This document shows, piece after piece, positions 30,525 to 41,100 of a stretch of 64,000 bases of DNA. This DNA comes from a virus. Within the stretch, counting starts at the first letter, position 1, and each line of letters begins with the position of its first letter. The stretch covers positions 15,824 to 79,823 of the IMG/VR virus record IMGVR_UViG_3300036772_000294. One strand, given 5' to 3'. Both the position numbers and the translations under genes were made by a program. A model generated the notes under the pieces. The model saw nothing but the letters and a program-made list of their open reading frames with translations, was not told the DNA's origin and did not search any database.

Positions 30525-30859
30525 ATCCAAAATTCCCAACAATGATTCTTTCTTATAGATAAATACTATATATAGGTGTCTAACCCTATGTCATTGCCTA
30601 TATGCTGAGTATTCTAGTAACTAATCGGCTGAGAACAAGTATTAATTTCGCCGGGGATTTGAGGTTGTGACAGGCTGAAATTCGCTAAGTCCACGGCACA
30701 TAAGGCCCGTAGGATTTGTCAATGGGATGCAAAAAAAATGATAATTTTGATCGAATGCTGATTTCTTAAACTTTATGGATAATCGGGTTACGTACTTTTA
30801 CTCAAAACAGTTATTCAAACCTTTCAAATAAATTTATCCATGCTCTCCGGCAATTATCA

Positions 30860-31234
30860 TCAAGCACTTTTCCGAACATTTCGGAGTAGCCGATCCAGCA
30901 TATGCATCATTGGCACATACTCGTCCGGTCGTTGTCTTTTCTTTCTCGGCTTGTTCACGTCCATGGCCAGACGCGTTTTCATGTGTCGGAAGTATTTCTC
31001 TTTGATGGATATCAGCCGGAACTTGTGCGGCCGCCCACTCTGGCAATGACATACCGCGTTCGCGGAAGTTGAGAATTCCAGGCAGCGGTTATAGACCGAG
31101 GCTTGTTGAACCTGGTGATCGGGATACCGAACCTGAAGAATGTCAGTTAGCTGGCGGGCTGTAACGTAATCGCCAAGCTCCAGCATTAGCGCAGATATTT
31201 CCCTGCTTGTAATGTTGGGTTTGCTGACGATCAT
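30860..31234 (-). CDS. lpa: late promoter activator Lpa
   Basis: IT..EI...M......TA..L..IL...YP...V....VY.R and RP.KF, as in P1 Lpa; follows pdcB. Confidence 0.8.
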   Translation of the reverse strand: MIVSKPNITSREISALMLELGDYVTARQLTDILQVRYPDHQVQQASVYNRCLEFSTSANAVCHCQSGRPHKFRLISIKEKYFRHMKTRLAMDVNKPRKKRQRPDEYVPMMHMLDRLLRNVRKSA

Positions 31235-31290
31235 GAAAGCTCCTGGCGGTTTAATCACGGTGGCTAATGTGGGGGTGACAATAATACCTC

Positions 31291-31313
31291 TTATCCTAAA
31301 CATTGAATTTATT
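31291..31313 (+). promoter_or_regulatory. 23-bp operator motif upstream of lpa
   Basis: TTATCCTAAACATTGAATTTATT. Confidence 0.78.
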
Positions 31314-31374
31314 TTGTCAAAATTAAGGCGTAAAAAAAGGCAGAGCCTGAGCTCTGCCTGTGAGTTTATTCCTT

Positions 31375-32538
31375 CTATGCGGCTACCTTACCGTGTTCTG
31401 CTTCCCATTCCTGAACACGCTTTCGGCCCAATGCAATAGCAGCACGCGCTGACGTTTCGCTCATGCCTTTCATCTCGCTCAGCGTAGCCGGTGAATGGGA
31501 CATCAGATAACGCAATGTCGGAATATTCCCCGCCTCCAGCGCGCTAAGTGTTCGTGCTGGCAGGCCCAGGTCGGCAATGTAAATGCTGTCTGCCCACAGC
31601 GCGCGCTCCACCAGCAGCGGGTGCGATTCACTCAGGAGGGACACAATACGGTCGCACAATCCCCCATCAAGTTCTGATGGCCAGTCGCCTTTAAAGAGTC
31701 CCAGGCTTGAACGAACCGGCGTACACCACTCTGTAGGCTGTACCAGTAGATCCACGCCAACAGTGGAACGCACGACAATGTGCCATGGCAGTTTATCCAC
31801 CAGCACGATATCTCTGTCCTGAATACGTGACTTAAGGGCGAACTGGTAAACGTAGATAAAGAATTCAGTACCCTTGTATCCGTAGAAGATCTGGCCGTGA
31901 ACATTCCCCTCCGTTTTTTCCAGATTCGACCAGGCCGTTTTTAGCTTCCCGATAAGCGTTACATTGTGGTCCTGCAATTCGAGATTGTCGGCCTTGAGTT
32001 TGTTATTAGCTTTACGCAGCTCCCGCGCTTCATCGGCCTGCTTATCAATGGTGGCATTTTTCTCTTTAAGCTCTTTGCTTTTACGCGCCAGCTGGTCGGC
32101 CTGCCGTTGCGGATTAAGAGATTTTAGGCTGTGATTCTCGGCTTTCAAATCACTCTCGACCAACAGCTTAACCTTCAGTGCCTGACGAAACTCCTCAGCT
32201 TTATTCAGCGCCTCGTCGCGAGCAAATTCCAGATCCGCTATGCGATCGCATAGTTCCTTTTGGCCTTCATCCATACGTTGCTGGGTGTCGGTGAGCTGCG
32301 CCTGCACGGTTAGCAGCTGGACCTGCAATTTTTCGCATTGCTCCACCAGCTCGTTGTATTCGTCGTAGTCCTCATTTTGACGGTTTATCAGCAGCGCTTG
32401 TGTCTGGTTGATGTGCGTATCAGCACTCTCCAGCACGGCGATTAACAGATCAGACCCTCGGGCTTGGTTAATCGCCAGTTTGATTTGCGCGCGCAGGGGT
32501 TCGAACATCGTAACGATGGTGTTTTCTTCTTGAGACAT
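31375..32538 (-). CDS. pdcB: PdcB-like coiled-coil protein with an RNAP alpha-CTD-like C-terminus
   Basis: Long coiled coil; synteny before lpa; IADLGLPARTLSALEAGNI...MKGMSETS. Confidence 0.65.
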   Translation of the reverse strand: MSQEENTIVTMFEPLRAQIKLAINQARGSDLLIAVLESADTHINQTQALLINRQNEDYDEYNELVEQCEKLQVQLLTVQAQLTDTQQRMDEGQKELCDRIADLEFARDEALNKAEEFRQALKVKLLVESDLKAENHSLKSLNPQRQADQLARKSKELKEKNATIDKQADEARELRKANNKLKADNLELQDHNVTLIGKLKTAWSNLEKTEGNVHGQIFYGYKGTEFFIYVYQFALKSRIQDRDIVLVDKLPWHIVVRSTVGVDLLVQPTEWCTPVRSSLGLFKGDWPSELDGGLCDRIVSLLSESHPLLVERALWADSIYIADLGLPARTLSALEAGNIPTLRYLMSHSPATLSEMKGMSETSARAAIALGRKRVQEWEAEHGKVAA

Positions 32539-32601
32539 GGGCGTGTTACCTTTGAAATATGTTCTGAAGAGCCTTATTCAGGCTCTGGTAAAATGCGGAA
32601 A

Positions 32602-32775
32602 TTAAGATTTCACTTGAGCTGTGGCCGCGCTGAGCATTCCAGCAAGCCCGGTTGATCCAATCAGCACCAGCGCCGCCGAAAGGCCAGTTAACCAATATGC
32701 GTGGATATCGAAGCTAAAGCCCAGCAGCGCGCAACCGGCAATGAATATGGATAAAAGAACGTAAGTAATTAGCAT
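32602..32775 (-). CDS. small two-TM membrane protein
   Basis: 57 aa hydrophobic; AGGAG SD. Confidence 0.65.
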   Translation of the reverse strand: MLITYVLLSIFIAGCALLGFSFDIHAYWLTGLSAALVLIGSTGLAGMLSAATAQVKS

Positions 32776-32917
32776 GTTTACTCCTGCCGTTAAGTGGCTG
32801 CACCTGTCAGAAAAATTGCACCAAAGAGGAAATACCCCCAACCGTTCAGCCCATTGATTGCCATATAGGCAGCCGCTATGGCGCAGATAATGCCTGGTAT
32901 AATCAGTATTCCGGCTT

Positions 32918-33298
32918 TCAACTGGTGAACCCCTGTTTGTATTTGAGGAAAAACTTGTAGCGTGTCTTGTCTTTATCCATGTGGCGGATCGTATTTCGGG
33001 CCAGCATGATAATGTCGTGATGGTTTTCGTTGCGGGCGCCCAGCTCGTCAAGCAGCGAGGCCACCAGCAAAAGTAGCTCTTCTCTCCCCCCGAAATAGTT
33101 ATAAAAACGCTGCCGGGAGTAGCCGTAGGCAATGAGGCATGAAGGGCCAAAATCCAGCGCAGGGTTGTGCTCAAAAAACAGTAGCGCCGCAGTAATCATC
33201 CCCGAGTAGGCCGTCATTGCTTTTACATGCTCTGATACGCCCATATTTGCCAGGAACCTGCGAACTTCCACGTCTGAAATCGCTGTCTGTGCGCTCAT
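32918..33298 (-). CDS. hypothetical protein with a TetR-like HTH motif (paralog of 53210..53617)
   Basis: GYSRQRFYNYFGGREELL; ATGA overlap with the upstream gene. Confidence 0.72.
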   Translation of the reverse strand: MSAQTAISDVEVRRFLANMGVSEHVKAMTAYSGMITAALLFFEHNPALDFGPSCLIAYGYSRQRFYNYFGGREELLLLVASLLDELGARNENHHDIIMLARNTIRHMDKDKTRYKFFLKYKQGFTS

Positions 33299-33873
33299 AT
33301 CTGGCTCCATAATTTATCCGTTTCGTACTCTGGCATTGCTTCATCAGCATCGAGCTCCCAGTACGTCTCCAGTAGCCGGATGGCTTCCTTATGCCCATAA
33401 GCGACCACGCAGTAATAACCTTGCTCCGTAAGTCGGTTGAGGATGGCTTTTTGATTGTCGGAAGGACGGTTTTTGCCGTATTTCAGTTCAAGGCGCATGC
33501 CGAAATACACACCGCGTGGTGCATCGAGAATCGTGTCGGGATATCCTGACTTTTGTCCCTCAGCTTTCATCTTCCCGGCTGTGGCCTTGCTGCGTTTGCC
33601 TCCATTCGGCACAGCGGTTAACAGGTCATATAGCTCAATGTTAAACAGTTCAAAGTTACGGAAGATTCGCGCCTGCTCGTAGTGCTCGGGCTGCTTTTTG
33701 AAGTGCTCTGGGTGTCTTTCCAGATAATTCAGCGCCGCCTGGTGCGGAGAGCTCGTTTTGCTCGCGGCCAGTAGGGCATTCGCAGCAGTTATCCGGCGGG
33801 TTTTTGGTAGCGCCGCTGCACTACGTTGCTGAAAGTCCTTAAGCCATTCATCGGTAAATCGTGCTGATTTCAC
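33295..33873 (-). CDS. VRR-NUC-domain nuclease (P1 PmgM-like)
   Basis: VPNGG.R.......K.EG...G.PD...LELK...PS..Q motif. Confidence 0.88.
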   Translation of the reverse strand: MKSARFTDEWLKDFQQRSAAALPKTRRITAANALLAASKTSSPHQAALNYLERHPEHFKKQPEHYEQARIFRNFELFNIELYDLLTAVPNGGKRSKATAGKMKAEGQKSGYPDTILDAPRGVYFGMRLELKYGKNRPSDNQKAILNRLTEQGYYCVVAYGHKEAIRLLETYWELDADEAMPEYETDKLWSQI

Positions 33874-33895
33874 ATTAACCTCCGTGAAATTACCC

Positions 33896-33918
33896 TTATC
33901 CTAAAACATGATTTTTTA
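33896..33918 (+). promoter_or_regulatory. 23-bp operator motif upstream of the VRR-NUC gene
   Basis: TTATCCTAAAACATGATTTTTTA. Confidence 0.72.
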
Positions 33919-34014
33919 TTGGTTATTAAAGAGCATTACGCACTTCAGGAATGCGTCAGCACCTGCCTTTTGCAGGCACTCAAAAACGCCACCTGCATAG
34001 GTGGCGCTACGAAC

Positions 34015-34197
34015 TTATTGAAGGTTTATCGAATGCTCATAAATAATGAACAGCAGCCATACCGCGGCCAGAATGGCCGGGGCAGCAAGGACCATCTGAG
34101 CCAACGAGCGCAGCATTGTAGTTTTTTTACCGCGAGGAATAGCCTGTACTGTAGGGGTATGTCTGGAGGGGATATCTCGACCGACGTATTGGGTCAT
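34015..34197 (-). CDS. small membrane protein
   Basis: AAGGA SD; C-terminal TM. Confidence 0.5.
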   Translation of the reverse strand: MTQYVGRDIPSRHTPTVQAIPRGKKTTMLRSLAQMVLAAPAILAAVWLLFIIYEHSINLQ

Positions 34198-34311
34198 GGT
34201 ATTATCCTTTTCGATTTGGCATTGGTTGTGTCCGCAAAAACTAGACCTTTGCCGGGTTAAGAAGAGCCAGCGTAATGCTGGCTTTTTTTTATCTCTTTGT
34301 GAGAGACAGTC

Positions 34312-34334
34312 TTATCCTAAACTCTGATTTTATA
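34312..34334 (+). promoter_or_regulatory. 23-bp operator motif
   Basis: TTATCCTAAACTCTGATTTTATA. Confidence 0.75.
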
Positions 34335-34383
34335 TTGATCAAGGAAAATCAGACAAACTGTCTGTATTTGTATAGGCGGGAGA

Positions 34384-34638
34384 TTATTGAGAAGACGCGT
34401 TGAGGTTATGGGCGGCGCTTTTGATCACTTCACGCCACTCATCAAGTGAAATATCGCGGATTCGGGTTATTTGAGTTCCCCGAGCCGTGGCATCGAGCCA
34501 GACCTCTTTGCTCTCATCATCCTTTAGCACCAAAGCAAAAAGATAGTGACCGCCGAACCGCTGCCTTAAAACCACACTGCACCCCCACGTCGCCGCGATG
34601 AGCTGTAGATCTTTGAATTTTGCTGATCGGATAGCCAT
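34384..34638 (-). CDS. lxc: Lxc (Bof) C1 corepressor-like
   Basis: C-terminal RD...DEW..VI...A..LNA resembles P1 Lxc; synteny lxc-ulx-darB. Confidence 0.65.
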   Translation of the reverse strand: MAIRSAKFKDLQLIAATWGCSVVLRQRFGGHYLFALVLKDDESKEVWLDATARGTQITRIRDISLDEWREVIKSAAHNLNASSQ

Positions 34639-34698
34639 TTCTTACCCCAGGTAAAACAGCCTCCAGCGAGGCTGCATGTATTCGATTATTTGCCTATT

Positions 34699-35118
34699 TT
34701 ACATCGCTTTGCATTCCAGGGCTAAGTCTTCGAGATAATATGAATACGTCTCGCCGTCCTCCGTTGGAAGCTCATGGCCAGCATTGTAAATTAGCCCGTC
34801 CTCTACCCGGTTCTGATAGTACAACCAGGCAGCTATGATCGTGTAAGCCTCACGTTCATAGCTATAAATCTGAGCCACGGTATGCTCGTACTCCTCACCG
34901 GCTAACGCACCGTGCCCGCGCTCCACCAGCATACGTTTAATTTCATGCCACCACGGGCCATATGCCCTGTAGGCTTTAGGTTTCTTGTTCAGAATGGCAA
35001 CCAGCCCATTCAGATAGCCCGCGATAAATTCCTCTTCGTTGCGGCCTGCCAGCGCCTCAGTCATAAGGGGTTCTAAATGCTCACTGGCTGGGACCAGCGT
35101 GTTCATCAATGTATTCAT
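34699..35118 (-). CDS. ulx: Ulx (DarB packaging factor)
   Basis: YR.YGP.W.EIK..L.ERG motif of P1 Ulx; synteny. Confidence 0.85.
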   Translation of the reverse strand: MNTLMNTLVPASEHLEPLMTEALAGRNEEEFIAGYLNGLVAILNKKPKAYRAYGPWWHEIKRMLVERGHGALAGEEYEHTVAQIYSYEREAYTIIAAWLYYQNRVEDGLIYNAGHELPTEDGETYSYYLEDLALECKAM

Positions 35119-35149
35119 GGTTTAACAGCCCGCGCTTGCGGGCCTCTCC

Positions 35150-38100
35150 TTATGCGTGAGACTTGATAACAGACAAAACGTCTTCAATGTTGTTACTGGA
35201 GGATACCAGCCACCAGGAGCCTTCAAACTCTTCACCGGCGTTTCTGCCGTTATAGTATTTGGCGTTGAAGCGGTCCTTAAGTTCGTCCTTGGCTTTAAAC
35301 AGGCTGCCGGATTTACCGCGAGAATCCTGAATGCCGTAACACCCCCCTTCGGAGAAATTAATACCCCACTTCGCACGTATTCTGGTTGTGTTCTTTTTGA
35401 CAGACAGGCCGAGATCGTCAATCGACACGTCGACTTCTTCCGCCGCCGTCTGGGCCGCCTCTACTTTCGCCTTGGCCGCCTCGAGCTCTTCGGGAGAAAT
35501 TAACCCAATTTTCAGGCGAATGTCATTCAGGAAGTCTTCCGCACCACCAGCATTGATAGCCTTAAGCTTCTCCACGACTTCACGCATAGCGACGTCATAG
35601 GCATTTTTTGTGGCGAGCATTTTTGCCGTTACAGCGCTTTTTGCAAACAGGCCGGCAAACACCATATCGGCAAAATAGCGGCTTCCGTTCAGCATGCTGG
35701 CAAGCGGCTCGCCGTACTTAGCGGCGGTCCGTTGATAGCCTGACACTACGGCGTATCCGCTTGATTCAGTCCGTTGCATCGCCCGTTGCAGACGCTCGAC
35801 GATCCCGGGATCAATCACGGTCAGGTTGCTCTCAAACTCTTCCATCCAGCGTAAGCCATACTGGTTAACCGCGTTGCGGCAATCATCGATAGCCTGCGCT
35901 GAAAGTTGGTTGACCATTGATTCTATAGCTGCGTTGAAATCCCCTTTATTTGCGAATCGTCCGGGTATGCGTTTGCGCGCTTGGTAACCAAAGTCAGCAC
36001 CTCTTTGCTCCGGCAGCCGGTCATTTGCAATGAGGTAGATAACGTCCCGTTCATTCGCGCCTGAAATGAGCTTTGCAAGCGAGTCATCTGCGCGCATCAT
36101 CGCCAGGGTGTCACTGATGAACAGTGCAATCTCTGATTCTGACGCTTGCTCACCGTAACTCTCCATAACGACTTTCCAGTTTTCTCCCATCACGGCCTGA
36201 ATAAAGGTTTCACCGGCAAATTTCAGCTTATTGGTTAACGTTGGCTCCGCCTCACGTAGCCAGTTCGCCAGGCGGGTTTTAAGAACATCATCGGTCGGGT
36301 CCGGGTAAATAATCTTCATCGAATTGGATTTGAACCAGCCAGCGTCTATGTTCTGCGTGCGTGAGCTGTAAGAGGATGTGGTGCCTGCCCGGACATTGAT
36401 TTCATCGCCGTCATAAAATGGTATGGCCTTGTCATTGAGGGTAAGGGACCCATCAGCGAGGTATTTCTGAAACTGTGATTTTGACAGCCGCTCAGAAATG
36501 GCTTTGGCCCAGACGCCGCTCATCATCCACTGGCGTAGCGATACTTCGCTTTCGCTCACGGTGACGCGCTTACGCAGATTGTCGACGTGAGTCTTAACTT
36601 TCCGGTTTGCTCCAGCGCGATCCGTGCCTGGCGCGTAAATTTGAGAAAGCTCGGCAATACCTGAGTCAAAGTCTATGCTCTCAATGCGGCATAGCGCGGC
36701 ATCTGATTGTATACCTCTGGCCACGTCATAAGCGAAGGTTTCACCAGTGCTGAATTGCCCATTTTTTGAAATATAAAACTCGCTGGCCCGGTCCAGGATT
36801 CGTGCAGGAACTTCTATCAATCCGGCCTCGATTGCTTTGCTAATGGTCGGGCGGAGGCGTTTAATTTCACTCTCTGATTTCTTCTGACGCTCGACCTTGC
36901 GCTCCATTTTTCTTAGCACTGCCTGTGCTTTATTGATGGACTTACTTGCTTTCTCAAGGCTTTCTTTGGCATTACGCATGCGAAATGCTGCATTTTCGGC
37001 GTCGACACGGTAACGGTAGCCAACTGGCGATTCTGAACGAACCTCTATCATTGCCGCATCGTAATCAGCCTGGCCCTGTGCCATTTCGTTCTGCACTTCT
37101 TCAATGCGGGCCTGATCGCGCTCAAAAACCTGCTTTTGCTTCTCAATATCTGCCAGCAGCGTATCCATATCGCCTTTCGCCGCGTGGCTGGCTTTGATGT
37201 AATTCTGCAGATCGATACCGGCGCGTTTCTGGGCTGCTGCCATGGCTTTAGTTTTAGCTTCCTCCATCATTTCCGCGTTTCTGCAGGCGCGCTCTTCGGG
37301 ATTGGCTGCCAACAGCAAACTCATATCAGCCGCATCACTGGCGTCGGCGTTTGCCATGCGCGCCTCGTCGGACGTAAACAGCGTGGTAATCCATTCTTTC
37401 TTGCGCTTAAGAGTAGACAGGCGGAACTCATCAAATGAGCCCTTACCAGCATAGTAATGCACCCTGACTTTGGACTGCTTCGATCCCGTGCGTGCGCCGC
37501 GACCATTTCGCTGATCGATACTGGCCGGCGTCCAGGGTAACGTCAGATGGTGGATATCCGTTGTGCCGTGGTGAAGGTTGATCCCAACTTCCGCCTTCTT
37601 GTTGCAGATCAGAATGCGTTTGCGGCCCTCGTTGTAATCAGCTGCTATGGACTCAATACCTGTCAGGCTGAGCTCGCCACTCTGGGCAATGTAATCCTCA
37701 TACGCCAGCTTCTGCGTGTAATAGGCTTCCATTTCTGCCTCGGTCGCATCCTCTTTCGGCTCCCTTGGGGGTTTGACGGCCTTTAGCTTCTTCTTGCCCT
37801 TTCCTGCAGCAGCGACCGAGGCCGCGTTAATAATGCCGATCTCACTGGCATCAATGCCGAGTTCTGCGCACAGGATACGTGCCAGCTTTTCATGTTGTGA
37901 CTTTTCATCGGTGAAGATGATCTGCTTCCCGCCTTCCTCGTATCCTCGCTTCACTTTCTCAATCAGTGCGGAATATTTCGGCATTATCGGGTGCGATACG
38001 GCGGAAGCATCGATTTTAAACGCCGACAGGCGCTTCATCACTTCGCCTTCATAATCCTCCGGGACCACCAGCTCAATAACTTCGCCACGGAGTGCAATAC

Positions 38101-41100
38101 TAACCTGCGCCTCTACGTCGTAGGTTTCGTCGCTATCTTCACTTACCGCTTTGGTTTTGGCCGGTAGGGCTTCAGCAAGGCCACGAATTGCCGTTTCATA
38201 CTGCGCTGGCAACCTGAAGGTCATCTGCCGACGGTAGAGGTCCAGATCGGTACACACACGATCCATGTCACGAATGATGGCGAAAATACTGTCTTTTTCG
38301 ATAAGGTGGCCATGCGCATCGCGTGATTCCTCCGCGTCGGCTTTCGGTCCGTTCTGGTTCGACAATGCCTCAGCACGCTGGCGTAATTCCTCGTAGATCG
38401 CTGCCTGCGCACCGGTCATCGGTGCCTCTACGGTGTGTTCTTCTAAATCCGGGATTTTTACTGAATCTGAAACATCCTTAACGGACTTGAGATCTACCCA
38501 TCGATGGAAGATCCCGCGCAGGCCAGAAAGGTTCTGGAAGCCTACCAGCCCTTCCTTCTCTTCAACCTCCCCGGACAGTTTCTGCACCAGCACGGTATCC
38601 GTCGCGCCGAAGACTTTTACGAAGTCGTCTGGTGTCTGAATACCCAGCTTGCCCCACTCTTCCATAGTCATGACGTGGGAAAGCATGTTGAAGGCATCGA
38701 TCGGGGAGTTTACGGCTGGGGTAGCCGTGCCCAGCAGCACACCACGTCCGTTATTTTTGCTCAACATGTAAGCATTTTTGACGGCCATATCTCGCGCCGA
38801 CTGCGCAACAGAAGGCGACGGCAAATAGGCGAGCTGCCCGGCTTCCCGGCCCGCGGCATAGCTGTTTCGGTAGTTATGCCCCTCATCGACTATTACGTTG
38901 TCAAATGCCATATCCTCAAAGTACGGATAGTCATGTTCTTTCGCCGTGCCGGTGTCTGAGGCTTTCGCCAGAATTCGGCTTTTTGCATTGGCATCACGGT
39001 GTTTGGTGCCGTCCAGATTGACACGCCCCGCCTCCGCTGCGTTGTAGAGCACATCGTAGGCATGATCCCGGATAGTCTCTTCTTTCATCGGAATCTTCGC
39101 GTACTGCTCTTTAGTCATGACCACCATGCGGTAGTTGGACTGCGGGATCAGGTGCATGCGCTGCTTAACGGTGTCTCCGTCCACAAGCTTCACATTAAGA
39201 CGATATTCTTCTTCTCCGGTGTGCTGGTTAACTCGCGGCTTTCCTTCATCGTCCAGGACCGGTACGCGTTGAGGCTGCCCGTTCTCATCGGAGATGACAT
39301 CCAGGCCAACAAAGAACATCGTTGAGAGCGCTTCGGCACTGTAGAAGTTATGCGCTTCGTGGAACCAGTTCTCATAAACAGCTTTGGGCACAACCGTAGC
39401 GGTACGCTTGGCACGGCCATTCTCAAAGTTAAAAGCTTCCGTCGCCATCATGGTGACGGTTTTGCCGGTGCCGGTGCCATGGCCTAAAATCCCGCGTCCG
39501 TCTTCTGAGGCGCGCCGAGCGGCAGAGTTCTGGTGCGCAGCCGGTATCACTCGCCCTGAAATGCCTTTTAAGCCCAGCGGAGCGTCTGAATACTCAAAGG
39601 GGATGTGGCCATTGAAGGTGTCGTTATATTCCTGGACCAGGTTATCAATTTCGTCGTGCTGGCGTATCCAGTCGTTAAATCCGGCTTCCAGGACTTTAAT
39701 ACGCGCCATGTAATCCGCTGCGTATACGCCGCGTGGCTTGTTGCCGTTGAGGTAGTTTTCCAACTGCTCGAGGAAAGCGTCCTTTTGCTTAACTCGCTTA
39801 TAACTGGACTTCATGATCCCGTTTGTTTTATCGCGGGAAACCACCGTGCCATAGCGGTAGCCGCTAAATACCCCCTGCCGTCCGTGATAGTCGCGATCGG
39901 CATTCATAATACCGTTGTCATCCACGGTCACATCGCCGGTATAGCTAAGCTTGTCGTACCCCTGCTCGGTCAGGTATTCAAGTACAAGGGAACGATCAAA
40001 CCAGCGCGCGTTTAGGTTGAAATCCAGATCGTCGACTTCGGTCCACTTCCGGCGGCGGCGAACTTCCACCAGCTGGCGCAGATAGTTTTGTCGAATGGCC
40101 TCGTTATCGATAACCGCCAGCGCACCATTAAGCGAGCTGGTAAGGGCGCTAATATCGCCGCTGGTGGCGCGGTCCATTGGCATCAGGTCGCCAGAAGCGG
40201 TGATGGCAATACCTTCAACATGGGCCAGGGCAGACAGCGCCTCGTTGTCATCCTCCGGCAGCTCGCCGGTGAAGTGCTGGCGAAAGGCCTCCAGCGTGAT
40301 CGGGTCCAGGTCAATCTGGCTAAACAGATGGCTCACGACCTGCACATGATCCGCGGTGTTGTGCGTAATGGTGCCGCCAATGTCCAATTGACCTTTTAGC
40401 AGCGCTGAAAGGTTGCCGTCTAAATCAGTTGAGGCGGCAAATTTCAGCCAGTTTTTAGCGTGGTTGCCGCGTATGCCGCTCACTTTTCCCGTTGCAGCAC
40501 CGAACCGGCTAACTTCCCGCGCGACCAGGCGGGCCACGTCTGCGCGCAGCGGCTCGATGTAGTCAGGCCTGAGCTTGTTACTTTGGGCATCCTGCAACGT
40601 GGCAATTTGCACGCCGATCAGCGACCCTCTAAAAATACGCTCCCGAAGCTCTACAGGCTGCGATTGTGCCAGTGCCATTGCCTGGCTCAAGTTGGCGTCA
40701 AACAGCGCAGGGAACGTCTGCCAGGCGGCAAGGATATGATCGAATGGCTTACCCAGCGTTGCACTGCAATCTTTCAGCTGGCCGGCAAGCTCGTCGTAAG
40801 ATGCCGCCCCATACTTTGCTTCAGTAATGTCTGATACGCCGCGCGCGTCGTTGATTACCCAGCGTTCATTCTCAAAACGATACCAGACGTCATTGATCAA
40901 GCGATCGTCGCCTTCGGCGTACCGTTCCACCATCGGCTCCACCAGCTCGAACTCATCCCACAAAATGCGGCTATCAAAGCGCTGAGCAAGCTTTGCCTTT
41001 ATCCCTGCAGGTTTAATCTGGTCATTCTGGACACTCATGCGATAGCCCTGGACTACCGTGCCATGCAGGAAGCGCTTGCCGTCGAGATCGAACCACTTGC

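Noticed and set aside
32776-33174. 190-aa ORF 32602..33174
   Set aside because: Overlaps a better-supported gene in another frame; only the last 57 codons have an SD and look real.
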